Source of the DNA: Octopus sinensis
Lineage: Eukaryota
Assembly (NCBI RefSeq): GCF_006345805.1
Contig: NC_043002.1
Location: forward strand, 36,394,001 to 36,458,000
DNA length: 64,000 nucleotides
Reading direction: 5' to 3'
The notes beneath the pieces were generated by a model. It was given only the letters and a program-made list of their open reading frames with translations, was not told the DNA's origin and made no database searches. Of this stretch, positions 48,501 to 62,991 are shown piece after piece. The stretch's first letter is position 1. Every line of letters begins with the position of its first letter. A program made the position numbers and the translations under genes.

Positions 48501-49435
48501 TAGATCCAGGAAGCACGCATTTCCTTTCCTATCTGTACACGAGCCTCCACAGTCTACCCGCGCATCGCATACTGTGTTGAAGTCTCCTAACATTACTCAG
48601 AAACTTGCCGAGGTTCCGAAAATAATCACTTTGCCCTTTGTTTTCGTTGGGTGCGTAAATTGCAACCAGCCTGATTGTCTTACGACTACTGAACATCAAA
48701 TCAACGATGACCAGCCTACTTTCTGGATCTGAACTTTTTCTCAGAAACCCGGTTCTTTTTACACAGGGCCAACACCCCGCTTCCGCCGGACGACAGGTTC
48801 GAAGAGATAATTCCCTTGTAACCGTCGAACAGCGGGAGCAGATCTCTTGGCCCCTTTAACCGGGTTTCTGTGGCAACAATAATATCTAAATCTCGTGACC
48901 TGATGTCATTTAGGAGGCGCCCTTGCTTCCAGTTCGACATCAGGCCACGCACATTTATGCACCCTACACAAATACGGGACATTGCTTACCTTTTAACAAG
49001 TGTTCTTATATCCCTGTTGGTCGTGGGGGGGAAGTCCGCCTTAAAAAGTGACTCGTACAGGTCGAGTCGCGGACCCCTGACATCCCCCGAGTACTGCGCA
49101 CTTATGATGTTATAGTTCAATCTATCCATCTTGTAGACTTCCACGTTTTTGGGCAGTATTTTAAAGGTCTGCACTTTTTCGGCAGTTGGCATGTTTTCCA
49201 TTTCGCTCTTCAGTCTATCGTTTTCCTTGTTTATCGAGACAAAAACTGTCTGAAACTTGGTAATTTTTTTGGGCTTTGTGGGGGTGATGGGGAGTATGTT
49301 GGGGGAGAACACTGGGATAAGTTTGGGAGGGGAGGGTATTGCTCGGCACTGGGGGGTGGGAGTGGTTCAGGTTGGACTGGGGGGGGTCTTCTCTTTTTTA
49401 CCTTTTTGTGGGCAACCGTAGTTGGGTGGGGTAGG
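45573..49435 (-). mobile_element. Tx1 copy H (same subfamily as B), 5'-truncated in ORF1, nested in copy G
   Basis: 14-bp TSD gcc(c/t)gtctgcactc at 45559-45572 and 49436-49449. AATAAA tail; EN-to-RT internal deletion at ~48354. Confidence 0.9.
46312..47211 (-). mobile_element. Internally deleted mariner with intact TIRs, nested in copy H
   Basis: TA TSD at 46310-46311 and 47212-47213; ~33-bp TIRs cgaggggcgttcaataagtaatgcccctgaccc. HTH and WIPRLL linker present, catalytic core absent. Confidence 0.95.
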
Positions 49436-52400
49436 GCCTGTCTGCACTCTTTGTACGAATCACCCATTCTAGGTCTTTGCATGATCCATGGACCCAAGTC
49501 CCGCAGGGACTCCAATTGCAGAAAGAACTTGACCACACCCATTCATCATCCAGGTAAAGCCAAAGATGTCTCACCCTCAATGCATCCCTAACCCACCCTC
49601 TAACGGGTTTTGGCAGCAGATAGAGTGCCTCACAAGTGGTGGTCTCCCACTCCACAAAAAGCGGAATAGAAGCCGTCCAAACTTGTTCATCCACAAATTG
49701 GGGCAAAGCACGACGGTCAGGCAGTAGGTTATTACAGATGCAATAAACACCTGTACAACCCCTGCCCACCCTAGCAAGGATAATGTCCTTCCAAACCAGG
49801 CCTGGGTTAGGGCAGTCACCTTGCCTGTGACCTCACTCCAGTTTTTCTCTATCAGGAGGTCTGGATTGAAACAGACCCCGAGCAATTTAACAGGACCCTC
49901 TGTCCAGCGACTCACGGTACTGTTGGGAGGAGTTGGCTTGCCTCTCCAGGTGCTGAGCTGCAAACCAACTGATTTTTCTTGGTTAATTTTTGCACCTGCC
50001 ACCATCTCGTATCTTTCGATGGTGTCTTCTACCAAAGGTAGCTGCCCTTCGTCTGACATGATGATGGTGACATCGTCTGCACATGCCATCACGTCTCTTC
50101 CATAACACAGATCACGAGGATGGCCCTCAGTTGCCTCCAACCTCCACAGCAATGGCTCAAGAGCCAGTATGTACAGAAGTGGAGACAGGACAACCCTGTT
50201 GAACCGAACACTTGATTGCAAATGGCTCCGAGAAGAAACTATTCACCCAGACCACAGACTTGATGTTGCTATACATAGCACTGATCCAGCCACGAAAGGT
50301 AAGCTGCTGTGAGGACAGCCTCCAGATACCGATGGTCCATTCTATCGAATGCCTTAGACTGGTCCAAATTCACCAGTGCACCAGGAACTTTACTAACCCG
50401 ATCTAAGGTGTAGCGTATAAGATGAAGGTTATTGTGTATCGTCCTTCCTGGGATGGTACAGGTTTGCGCCTCCCCAATCAGGTCGCCCACCACAGCCAGT
50501 ATTTCCCTGAACAAGTCTGGCATACTTTTATAAAATTCGTAAGGCAAACCATCAAATCCTTGAGACCTATCCCCGGGGTCATTGAGGAAACAGGCCTGCT
50601 TCCACTTCGAATCTAGGCCATATACATTCAAACAGCCTATGCTAAGCGTAGCCTTTTCTCAAAAGGAAAAGAAACGGCTTACCTTTCCCAAGGTATATGC
50701 CTGAGGGTGACTGAGTTAACTTTGCCACTTTCTCCAGGCTTGGTTCATCCAGCGGGTTGATTATTTTTTGCAGTGACCCAAGCTCTGCAATGTCTTTTGG
50801 GTGTATCTTTTTCATGTCATTGTATAACTTCCTTGAGATTCTTCTGTAAGTGAGGACTCCTTCAACATCACTCTGGAAGATTCCTTATTGCATATTGGGC
50901 ACAATCACACCCACCAAATAAGTGTTGGTGTTTCTAAACACTACCATTACCGTTTCCGTTTTTTTTTCCCCACAGGTTTGATGGCCTGTACCAGGCCACC
51001 TCTTCAGTTGTTCCTTTACTTTCTATCAGTTTTTCAGCTGTGGTCCTTCTGGCTACCTTTATGATTTTCTTTTCCCTTTTTGGGAGGGGGTTTATTCTTT
51101 TCCGGTATTACTGCTTTTGGTCTTTTTCTTGAGACCACCTGGAACTCCATTTTGCCATCCTCTTCCTGGGCCGTCACCCCGTCACTGCTGGTGGTAGCCC
51201 CTTGGTTAATGGCCTCCTTGGCCTGGGCTACCACCTGCTCCTCACTGGTTACTTTTTTACTGGTGGTAGCCCTCTGGGTAATGGCCTCCTTGGCCGGGGC
51301 TATCACCTTCTCGTTGTTGGTCTTACTGTTGGTGGTAGCCCCCTAGGTAATGGCCTCCTTGGCTGGGGCTACCACTTTTGCCACTTTCTCGTTGGTGGGG
51401 AGAAGGAAGTTCTCCCCACCTTTCACCTTGGGAGGCCCACACACGGCCCTCTGGTGTCCCTTCCTTCTGCACCGGAAGCACCAAGGTTTTCTCCCTTCCA
51501 CATTTATGATTAAGGCTGACTTCTCTGCAATCTGTATTCTATCGGGGAGCTCTTCTAAGTCTGCAGGTGTAGCCTGTACCAGGATTTCCAAAGATTGTCC
51601 TTTCCAATTCTGGGAGACATCTTTTTATCTGGATTACCTCCAGTTTTTCTTCTCTATTGAAGAGGAGTATGACAACAACCCATGCTACCTCAACACCAGG
51701 AGGGATATTCATGATTTTTATCTGGGATGTCCTGCGTCCCAGATATAATGGTAATAGTGCCATTTTGTCATTCTGCAAGGTCCGAGCGGAATAATCCTCA
51801 GCCTTTCCAGCTGACTCGAACCCTGCTTCGACTGTTGCGTACTTGTTACCTCGGGTCAGGAAGGCAATATCCTTCATTACTGACCCGAGGCACTCCTCTA
51901 TCTTCCTCCTCAAACCGTCTCACTTTCTTTCTTTTTAAGCAGAACATTTTATATATTACAGTTCTTTCCCGTCTGCAGGTAGTTATTTCAGGGGGCGGGG
52001 AATTACTTTCCCTGTTGCTTTCAGTTATTTTGCCAAACAAAAGTTGTATTTCAGCCTTTTTCAAGGTAATGATTTCCTCTTGCTGACCAACGGCAGTGGC
52101 GTAATTAATAGGTGCCGGCGTGGCTACTGCTTCCGCAGTTGATGCCATAGTGGCACTCAAAATTTATCCGTTCCCTCTACAATGAGGTAAAAAAAATCAG
52201 TTTATACAAATCCTTCCCCCGTGGAGGAGGGTAACAACAATATTACAAGCCATTAATTAAAAACTCAACGGCTACAACAATAAAACAACAATGAATCCTG
52301 CAACAGGCAACAATTATTTAAACCCGCCTACAGATCTCTAAACGTTATTCAATACCCAGAAAAACAGATGATTGTTACAAAAGTGAAAAATGTCAATTTA

Positions 52401-52619
52401 AATTTATTGATGCATTTGGGCAAGTCTGTATAATCAGACAATTGCAAAAAAATGTTACAAAAAAAATTCAAAACTAGCAAAAATCTGGTACAAATTCTTC
52501 ATGGTTCAAAACGTTGCTTACCTTTTTACTCAACCTGATATATTGTTGATAATGTGTCTGGGGTAGTTTCACAAACTGTATCCTACTCCACCAGATATTT
52601 TAAGCATCTCAGCAGCAAT

Positions 52620-53050
52620 TCCTAATAGGTTTTTCCTTTATCTTCATATCTTTTTTGATTTATCATATTGCTATCAACTTGGATAACTGGTATCTCTGTT
52701 GGATCCACACTGGGAAGATCCTCTTTCTCATAGACAATCTCCATTTTTGAAAGCCTTTCATGCTTTTTCTTTTCAGGATCACTAAATGCAAACATACCAT
52801 TATCTATCTGCATACACTTCTCATCTATGACATCTTGATTTTCTGAGCTACACTATCTTGCAATCTGAGCACCTTGAGCCTCTGATACTCACACTGTAGA
52901 ACATAGCAAAATTTTCTTTCTACCCCTTTTTTTGCTATGTAAACCTGTTGCTTGGTTTCTCTTATCTGGCATATTTCCTTATTGCTCCCATTCTTCCAAT
53001 CCTGTTTTTTCATTTTTATAGTTCTATTCTATCTCACTGTTGCACTACAT
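52620..53050 (-). mobile_element. RTE-X-like LINE fragment (EN-RT linker)
   Basis: NQDVIDEKCMQIDNGMFAFSD..EDLPSVDPTEIPVIQVDS..GK resembles an abundant Octopus RTE-X family as I recall it. Confidence 0.6.
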
Positions 53051-53234
53051 CTCCTTCAGTCTAGTGTGGTCTTTGTTCCAGCCACAGATTTTGTAGGTTG
53101 TCCTGTAGGAACTTCCAGTTGTCTGCCATATTCTATGCCTGTATCACCTTCTTTTTGCTAAAAAAACTTTGACTAGAATGTTTCTAAATTTCTGACTGTG
53201 GTAGATCTTTGAGTTTCCATATCTTTCCTTTCCA

Positions 53235-53545
53235 GATGTAGAGGTTCTGGTTTTGTTTTTGGCACTTCTCTTGTATCTGCCGTGCTGCAAAGACCATATC
53301 AATTGTCCCACTGTTGTTCCTAAATTCACACTAGCTCTCTGAGACCATGTCATCCAGCAGGTGGTGTGTGATGCGGTTCATAAAAACACGGGCCATGATC
53401 TTTCCTGCAATGCTTAGCAATGAGATGCTTCTGTGGTTGTCGCATGAAGCTCTGTCCCCCCGTGTTCTTGTACAGATGCACGATGTTGGCATCTTGAAGT
53501 TCTGTGGCACTGACCCTTCATCCCAGAACTGCTGTATCTGCTCAG
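53235..53545 (-). mobile_element. RTE LINE RT fragment
   Basis: SCDNHRSISLLSIAGKIMARV..ESQC..TIDMVFAARQIQEKC; homologous to 4326-4664. Confidence 0.85.
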
Positions 53546-53907
53546 CATCTTTTCTAGATGATTTGTTTCTCTGAATTCTTCTAGCTCTAAGTTTGGAGTC
53601 ACTAACATATTTCTTATAGCCTTCCAATAACATTTTAAAACCTCTTTAAACCTAATAATGTAATTCACTATATTAAATAAAATTGATTTAATGAAATAAA
53701 GATAACATTCTATTAATATTGAAAATGCTAGAAAGTGAATGTGCTAACCATTTTCTAGAAGTCAACCTGAGGATAAATTGCCAAGATTTAATGTATCAAT
53801 CTTTTTATTTTCTAATTCTCTTTCCTTTTATTATAATTTTCACATCTTTTTAATATATAGTACTTTGTCATGGTTCTGTTCTATATTGACACAGAATGGT
53901 GTGTGTA

Positions 53908-54210
53908 TGAAGGCACATGGCTCAGTTGTTAGTCAGGCTCACAATCATGAGGTAGTGTGTTCGATTTCCAGACGGGGCTGTGTATTGTTCTTGGGCAAGA
54001 CACTTTGTTTCATGTTGCTCCAATTCACTCAGCTGTTGAAATGAATTATGATGTCACTGGTGTCAAGCTGTATTGGTCTTTGTCTTTCCCTTGGATAACA
54101 TTGGTGGTATGGAGAGGGGTGGCTGGTATGTATGGGCAATTGCTGGTTGTCCATAAACAACCTAGCCTGGACTTATGCCTTGTGAGGGAACTTTCTAGGT
54201 GTAATCCCAT
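53908..54210 (+). mobile_element. tRNA-derived SINE
   Basis: tggctcagttgtt A-box and gttcgatttc B-box; collinear with the copy at 63061-63400. Confidence 0.8.
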
Positions 54211-57200
54211 ATAAAGGGGTTTGTATGATTGTGTATAGAGGGATATATATTATTTAAAGGAATTCCAACTCTGTTTTTGTTTTATTTATATTCTTTATAA
54301 AATTAATATAGAATATATAGTAAAATGAAATGAAGTATTGTCTTATTGAATAGATGAAATATTGAATATAAAATATTAAGGGACTTGTATACTTTCTTGC
54401 ATTCTATATACTTTCTTGACTGTATTTTACCAATGCTTAAAAAAGTCTCATAGAGGAGAAACCGGTATAAAAGTAAAAAATTTAATGTTTTTAGTTAAAT
54501 TATGTAATTCACTTGGCTAGTCAGTACTGAGTCCTTTTGATAGTTTGTGGTCTACATTGATCTTTTTAACGAGCATTAACAAAAAATTTATATATTTATT
54601 GCCAGATTGATAAGTGAGGCAATTCAAATAGGAAATCAACTGCTAAAATACCAATATATGAAGAAAATTAGAACAAAAAAAAAAATCTTATTTTTAATGA
54701 TTAGTATTTAGCTTTCTTTCATTTGAGCCAATTTTTTCCATAGCTGCAAAAAAGTTTGATTATATTGAAACAACAGTTAAAACACTCCTATACGAAAAAT
54801 CCTTGCTCTGTTCGATTCCTTTATTTTTAAGGCACTAATTGAATTGTTTGATATTACAGCTGAAGCAAAAACTGGATGTTCATTAATTTTTTGTTTTAAT
54901 AAATGTTCTGTTCAATTAGAACATTTATGTGTATCAATTCTAGAAATTTAATATTTGTCAATAGACAAATATTTCGATGAGTGAGGAAGTGAATTGCTAT
55001 ATGTGAGTCAGTATGTCTTAAATGTGTTGTGTAGAATCGGCTTACGAAGGTCTATATACAAGTACAGATCGACCATATGCTTATGTATTTAAGAAAAAAA
55101 AAAAAGACTTCACAAGGTTGAGCTCACATGCCTTTATCAAAGCGTTTGATTGAAATTGAAAGAGGTGAATGGCTCAAGCAATGCTAAGTGACAATAGAAT
55201 TATAGGTCCAGAGACATAGCTGTAAGGTAGTGGTATGTGAAAACTCACAAGCTAAATGATAACAATATGTGTACTTATGAAAGAAAAGCTTAAATCTATT
55301 GTTGCATTCAATTTTGTATAATTTGAGACTCTAGATCAACGCATATGGTTTTATTTTGCAAAGTGTGGCCATTATTGCTTGTATTCTATTAATTGATGTG
55401 TTGTGTGCATTGACAAGAGTCTATCAGTAGAAGGGTAGGTACAGATGGCTACTGCAAGCCATAGGAATAGTGAAGTTGAATCATCTCATGAGTGTTGTTT
55501 GATAAGTGTTGGATTTGTCATACAGTTTTATCATGTTTAAGTTATCAAACGATGCCTCTGAATAGGGTTAATGACTGGAATTAACCCTGCTTGATATTAT
55601 CATCAATTATATAAGTTGTCTACAATATTGTTAGTCTTTATCATTTTTTTTTTTTTCATCTGATAAGATTAGGTAAGAAAAATGTGACCGAGTTTACCTT
55701 GGTGGTCTTATCTATCATGTATCTTAAACATCTTTTCATGAACACAGTTAAGCCCTACCGAAATAAAAGGCTTGATTAAATTGACTGAATTGTCTCTCAA
55801 AATATGTGATTTAGTACCTATATGGAAAGCAATTATATTTCTTGTGTAAATTTTCACATATTTAGAACAAGATATGTCTATCCATTACTTTAGTAAACAA
55901 GTGAAATTGTCGAGTAGCTAAGATAGTGAACATTGTTGATGGTTTCTTTAGAATTGAGGATCTTGTCATTAAATACTTCTTTACCACTAAGAGAATTGAA
56001 GCTAAGTTGTGATAGTCTAGAGTACTTATCTAAGTGCTTACTGGAGTAACAGCCAGAGTTTTAAGTGCTGGACCTAAATACTTTTTTTAATTCAAGTATA
56101 TATTTTTAGGAAGAAAATAACAAAATTTGTAATATTACATTTCAGTTTATTTCCATTTTGATATTTAGCAAGACAAGACTTTTCTCCCAGCAGTGAATGG
56201 AATGTAATGTAAACATATACTCAAACACACACACACACACAGCAAGGCAAAAAAAAAAATGAAACTATAACTTGCTACCTCAAACTGATATATTTCTAAT
56301 TTATCATTTACTCAATGCCATTTAACCCAATCACTTTTACATTTTTAAATTCTTCAAAATGAAAACAATTCAGATTTTTGTTGATAATTTGTATGTTGGA
56401 TTATTGATATTTATTTGTTTTTTTTTAACATTAATATCAGACAAGAAAAACTGAATTTTAAAAAATGTAATTTTTTTTTTTTTGCATTGTTATCAAAACT
56501 TCAAATATTCAAACAAGTTTTATTTACAATCTTTTGTATTTCATATGTAAAGTCATTCTAAATTACTAATGAGATATCAATTTAAAAAAATATTTTGTAA
56601 AAAAAATATCTAATTTGTATGTTTTATTTTTATGACAATGTTAATTTTGTAAAAAAATACTGAATATTTGTATATATGTATATTTTAATTAACTATTATT
56701 AAAATTTACACTTAACCTTTTCCTGTTCATCAGTTTTGAATTTGGCTCTTTGACTAAAAAATAATCTCAACATTACTCATTGCGCAAATGTCTAATATAT
56801 AGTAATATGAATGGATAAACATCTCACTTGCATAGAAAGACTGTTGCAGCATTAAAAAAAAAAAAAGTTTTATTTTTATCTCTCTAGTCAACCCTATCTG
56901 CTCAAATTACTGCTTGCATATGTGGTAGAATCTATGACGACAACCTAGCTCATCTATAAAGTATCTTAGGCCACACCAGAGTAATGACATGACAGACATG
57001 GTAATACCAAATAAAATACCTTTGTCATGTTTTGATTTCACATCCTTCCACCCCTATAAATGTTTACCTTTTTAACCACTTGGGAGATGGAAGAAAGTTG
57101 ATAAAATAAGCACTTATATATTATATTGAGATCAGTTGTACTCCGCTTGGTTAGTAATCAATGCTGATACCTAACCTTGACATATAGCTGCAAATTTGAG

Positions 57201-59215
57201 GAACAGGCATATCCCACTCTGTTTCATAGGTACTTTATTTCACTGACCTCACACTTTCTGGAAAGGTAAAATTGGCCTTGATAAGATTTGAACCCAAAAT
57301 GCAAAACAGACCTAATTAAATACCCCAAGTCACTATCTTTGATGTCCTCTTATTTGAGCTTACAATTGGCAGTCGCTTTGTTCTAATGAAGATGTGTATG
57401 TTTGGGGAGAAGTTAGTTACTCAATACTAAATAGAAAATTCTGTGATTTCTTTGTGTTGAATGCAAATATATGAACCTAATTTCAAAAATCCCAAATATG
57501 TGTATAGAGGATACAACCGAATCCTCATGCCCCTAAGTTAAAACTTAGTTCAACTATAATAATGCATACATCCAAACTTAACCTAATTCTTAAACAAATT
57601 TGTTTTCCATGCCATGTGATGTTCAACCCTATTTCAAGACAAGTGATCAAACTAGGAATTGAAATTGGGTCACAGACTTTGTTCCCTGAGATTTTACAGT
57701 AGCACTAAAATAACCACTTATTTTTTTTTAATATATAGAAACCATATTCTAATCATTAAGATAGCATCTTTATAAGATACAATTGTATATACACAGTGTA
57801 TTCTCTTCACATCTACTAATGAACAATCTCTTCCATATTCTTAGACTGATAGGTTAAGGCCCCGAGCAACACAATAAGCTTGATAAAAATTACAAAATTA
57901 AATAAAGAAAAAGGTTCTCCATATTTTCCTAATGAAACAAATAGAGTAGGCATTTATGTCTTTACTTTTCCTTTGTTGTTCAAAGTTAAATATTGTGGAT
58001 ATTTTACCTCAATCAGTACTATTGTTGTAAATGAATCAAATCTGCAACTTGGTTTATTTTTTTCAAGTTGCACTTATTTCTGTCATTAATATGGCTGAGT
58101 AACACCTATCACTAAAGAAAAAAAAAAATGCACTTAACTTTTGTAGCTATGGTAAAGAGTAAACTCGAAATAAGATAAGATGTTTCTGAAAGGGTTTATT
58201 TATTACTTATGGTATACAGTGATTAGACTGTGTGTCAACATTATTTTCATTTCAATTGTTTTATTCTCTGATTGTCATAAGATCTCTCTCTTTCTGTATA
58301 CAATAATCTACGTACCATTCAGCTAAAATTAAAACTTAAGTTTTTAAGCCTTAGCCAAATCAGACAATATAGTAGCCTTATTTTTAAACAGTACCAATGT
58401 AATCACTGCATAGCATAAGAAGCAGTTTGGTACCTTGCACTCTTGGCAAGTAAAACACACAACTAAAAACTTAAGCCTTGCAATCTATCAAATAGTGCCA
58501 GAACTAAGATAATACCAAATAGTACCATCTTAAATAAAGAGAACACATTGGATAATCTAGCTCTTGGAGAAGAAAAAAAATTGGCTATGGATTGGATACA
58601 TTTGATCATAGGTCCTGGGGTTATACAGATAATTTATCAATGTAGGTATGAAGTGGATGATTAAATGTCAGAGATGAGTTAATAAGATTATATTTCTGTA
58701 ACTAACAACCTAAGAAATATCCTTATTGTAAATATTAAAAGTATAACATTATCCACCAGGTCTTTAGTTTGAATTCAGTTCTATTTTTGTACTTTCTTCA
58801 GTCATTTGACTGTGGCCATGCTGAAGCACATTGAGAAATAAGATATTTGATCAGAGATCAAATCAACTGTAACATAATGTAGATGCAAATAATGAATCTG
58901 AAGAGGAGATTAGTGGTTTGGAAAAAATATCATCTTAGAAAATGGAAGAGTTTAATAATCCAAGTAATGCATACCTCTCAATAAACTGAATATACACACA
59001 GTCCAGTTGTTTGAAAATAATTTTTTTTTCTCAAGTGTTTTAGTGAAAATTAAAAAAAAGTAACAAAACAGATTCAACAAATTTAAAAAATTACATATAA
59101 AAATATTATCATATGCAATTTAAAAAAAAAGTCACTGGATGGTATCAGATATACAGCCAAAGCCAATAAATTACAGTAGAAATGACTAAGGAGCCATAAC
59201 AGAACTAGATTAATG

Positions 59216-59336
59216 TCACTGTTCTGTGACCAGATCAGCAGCTTTTGCCAAACTATAAAAAAGACTGTCTTTGTTCTGTAGAAGTACTGCAGGTGAATCA
59301 AACTCACATATCCTGCCTTTGTCCATTACTATTATC
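59216..59336 (-). CDS. ABCC1: ABCC/MRP1-like ABC transporter, final coding exon ([39 protein letters not shown])
   Basis: Acceptor tttctctcag at 59337; frame continuous with the previous exon (AA|G = Lys); TGA at 59216-59218. The exact paralogue is uncertain. Confidence 0.88.
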
Positions 59337-59630
59337 CTGAGAGAAAAAGAAAAAATACAAAATAACTGTTAAGCCTATATAATGCAATATTTTCATTTTA
59401 CTTGTAAAGAAAAGAAATTGACAGCCAATTTTTTTTATTTATAAAAGGATTAGTAAATAAACTGTTAAACAATCACAATTTCTTGCCATTTTCCTTCACC
59501 ATGAGGTAGAAATAGCAATTCTGAAAGTTTGCTGGTTCAACTATTAAACTTGTCTCACAAATATAAGCCACGATAAGGATATTATACAATAAATGCTTTA
59601 AAACAATTTCCCCCAGCTAAATCAAAGGTT

Positions 59631-59866
59631 GTGGAGGCACAATGGCCCAGTGGTTAGGGCAGCGGACTTGCGATCGGAGGATCGCAGTTTCGATTCCCAG
59701 ACTGGGCGTTGTGTGTGTTTATTGAGCGAAAACACCTAAAGCTCCACGAGGCCCCTGTTGTACTGTTTTGCCCCAACTTTCTCTCATTCTTTCTTGTGAC
59801 CCATCCAGCTAGGGGAGGAGGGACATACATATGCCATGGCTAGGCTTGAAAAAGGCGCAAAAAAAA
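59631..59866 (+). mobile_element. Young tRNA-derived SINE in the last ABCC intron
   Basis: 12-bp TSD aaatcaaaggtt at 59619-59630 and 59867-59878; A-box tggcccagtgg, B-box gtttcgattcc; poly(A) tail. Confidence 0.9.
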
Positions 59867-60441
59867 AAATCAAAGGTTAGCCTTGTGAGTTCTATTGAAC
59901 TTATCAGAGCTCCCTAAGTAACATTTTACAGCCAAATGTACTTTCTTTTGCCTACCTTTTAGTTACCTGTTACAACATGTAGGAATATAGTATATCTATT
60001 CTAAAACCAGATGCATATAGTAATGGTCTAATTTTTTTTTTTTTTTGTAATCATAAACCGAATGCCAGAGAATTTTAATGGCTAACTGATAAATGAAGTT
60101 TCACACAGTGACCTGTATCTATTAAACCACAGAGTGCACTTTAGAAGGTTTAATCAATGATCCTGCATTTATATTATGGACAAAGGAAAGACATGAACAT
60201 CTTGTCTATACCTCACTTGTTATATTTAGTCTGTACTAAGGCAGTTTGAACATCAAAAATAAAATTAACTGGTGATTAGTTTGTAAATTTGCAACAAAAT
60301 GATTTTTATCACCCACTGATTGCAATATAAAAAAAATAAGATGAAGGGGAAATAGAAAAAAAATATTAACAACATACAATATGAGAAACAAAACAAAGGC
60401 TATGATGGTGAGTGTAAAATAGATAAATGGGAAATGGCTTA

Positions 60442-60711
<270 letters not shown>

Positions 60712-60899
60712 CTATCATATCAATTTCTTGCACTGTATTTAAGACCAAATTCTAAAGCAGATCTACACTAAACTCAATATCAATGGGCATCACACTGAAG
60801 CACTTGTGAATTATTGATTCCAAAGGATAGTTCTGCTGGTGCTACATAAAAAGCTTCAATACTGTGAAATGGCTGGCATTTGGAAGGGCATACAGATGT

Positions 60900-61048
60900 A
60901 AAAAATCATGCCAAAACTGACCTCATCAGTGCTGGTTCCATGTGCAAAAACAGACAAATCTGGTGCAGTCTTCTGCCTGGCCAGCTCCCATCAAACTGTC
61001 CAACCCATGCCAGCATGGAAGACAGATGTTAAACGATGATGATGATGA
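60900..61048 (+). mobile_element. LINE 3' tail (RTE-X-like) ending in (GAT)n
   Basis: ccaacccatgccagcatggaa..gttaaacgatgatgatg; the reverse-complement homologue is at 63818-63880. Confidence 0.7.
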
Positions 61049-61390
61049 ATCTTCTAAACTGAAAGATAATTTCTTATTTTGCCATGGAGCTATTTACCCA
61101 ATTTGTATGTCTTTATTTGGTATCCCTTTTTTTAAAGAAGCCTGTGACATAAGTTTCTTTGAATGCTTTAAACCCTTTAACTTTGATTAGTAAATTATAT
61201 ATTGCAGATATTACAAGTAGTGTAAATTCCTCCACATTTTTCATGTTTTTGATCCTAACTTTGTTTTACTTGAATTGTTTGATCATTGTAAGGAGCCTCT
61301 TTTACCTTCTTTTACTGTTTTTAGAATTTGTGACCATACAGAAACATTGCGCCCAAACTATTTTCTTTACTTACTATCTCTTCCATTGTA

Positions 61391-61868
61391 CAGTGATCCC
61401 TTGTTTATCATGGTAGATTGGTTCCGAGGCCAGCCGTGATAACTGAATTTCTGCGAAGTAGGGACACCATATTTACAGTATTTATTTAACATGTATTTGG
61501 ACTTTTATAATCCTCCCTGTACTGGTAACAACCCACCCATTACAGTAGTCTATTAATAACAAAGACAACTGTTAAGCAATAACACTTTAGATTTACAAAA
61601 ATAAAGATTGTTACACAGGCCAGATTACAAAATAGAAAGCTGCGATTCGTTGCCTCTCCATTGCACCAATCACTGCTCGTCTTAAGTTCAAATACCCCTG
61701 TAAATGCTTTTTTGCTATTTTACACTTGTTTTGTTGTTCCTAGACTAGGAAATAATATTAATATTTTAATGGATTTAATGAAAAATTTTAGGTGTTCATA
61801 TATATTTTAAAAATCTACGAAGTCATGAATCTGCGATAGTTGAACCGCGAAGTAGCGAGGGATCACTG
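61391..61868. mobile_element. Tc1/pogo-type MITE
   Basis: TA|CAGTGATCCCT...AGGGATCACTG|TA; ~24-bp TIRs with CpG decay. Confidence 0.9.
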
Positions 61869-62430
61869 TACTTAATTTAGTGATCTCTATAATTTGAAGG
61901 ACTAAGTTCTTGGTGTAAAGGAATGAAACTCAATATAATATTTTTATTCAATGCATCATCACTATATGCCCATTTTTCTATGCTTGCATGAGCAGTTGCA
62001 CTCCTTTGTCAACCTTCAACACTTCATTAGTTCCATCTTCTATAGGTTTTTACCACTTGAATTGCTTGGAAATTCTTTATCCAACAGTCATCTTTGTATT
62101 TAGTTGTAAACCCTTCACATTTTGTGAAGGTCAGTTTTGTTTTTCATCCAAATTTCATCATCAGAACCTTTTTTGGGTCGATGAATTTATAGCACCAGCC
62201 AAATACTTGAGTTGTTTAATTGACTGCACTCTCTTCCTAAATCTGTGGCCTTGTGCCAATGTTAGAAATTAATATAGAACAAAAAGAATGAATTCTACAG
62301 ATAAAATTCCCTTAAAATGAGAATTATTATGGTAAAGTCTTTTGTACAGATTTTTCTATTCTCTATATGTGATGCTGAATAAAGACTCACAATTACACTA
62401 ACTTATTACTATATTAAACAAGTTACATTA

Positions 62431-62607
<177 letters not shown>

Positions 62608-62823
62608 TCAAATACTAGTGACATCACAGGAATAGGAGATATAAACAATATACTAGCATATCACAAACACTAATGGAGATAGTACTTTAGCATGGTCTTA
62701 GTTATGATAGATAAAATAAACTTAAGAAAAATGTAAATTGTAAAATGTATTAACATTTTTTGCTTGATTCAAAGTGATGCTCATACTTCTGAGTTAGGGC
62801 AACTGCCACAGTTAGGGGTTTAA

Positions 62824-62991
62824 CCCTTTTGCTACCATATTTCTATTCAAAGACACTACCATTGTTTAAATTAATTTTGAAAGTAACAAAGAATTTAGCA
62901 AAATAACTCCATCACTATTAAGTTAGTGTTTGGAACAGAAATTAAGATCATAGAATCAAGGGTGGTCTGAAGTTGGTTGATATCAAAAGGG
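62824..62991. mobile_element. piggyBac-type MITE
   Basis: TTAA|CCCTTTTG...CAAAAGGG|TTAA. Confidence 0.88.

Larger units (their letters stand above)
44628..52363 (-). mobile_element. Tx1 copy G (divergent subfamily, internally deleted), host of copy H
   Basis: Degenerate 17-bp TSD agaggtgattgtaacaa (44611-44627) / acagatgattgttacaa (52364-52380). ORF1 at 50.7-52.15 kb; ORF2 pieces at 49450-50640 and 44912-45572. Confidence 0.8.

Noticed and set aside
59631-59705. tRNA gene
   Set aside because: A and B boxes are present, but there is no acceptor stem, and it has a TSD and poly(A) tail. It is a SINE head.
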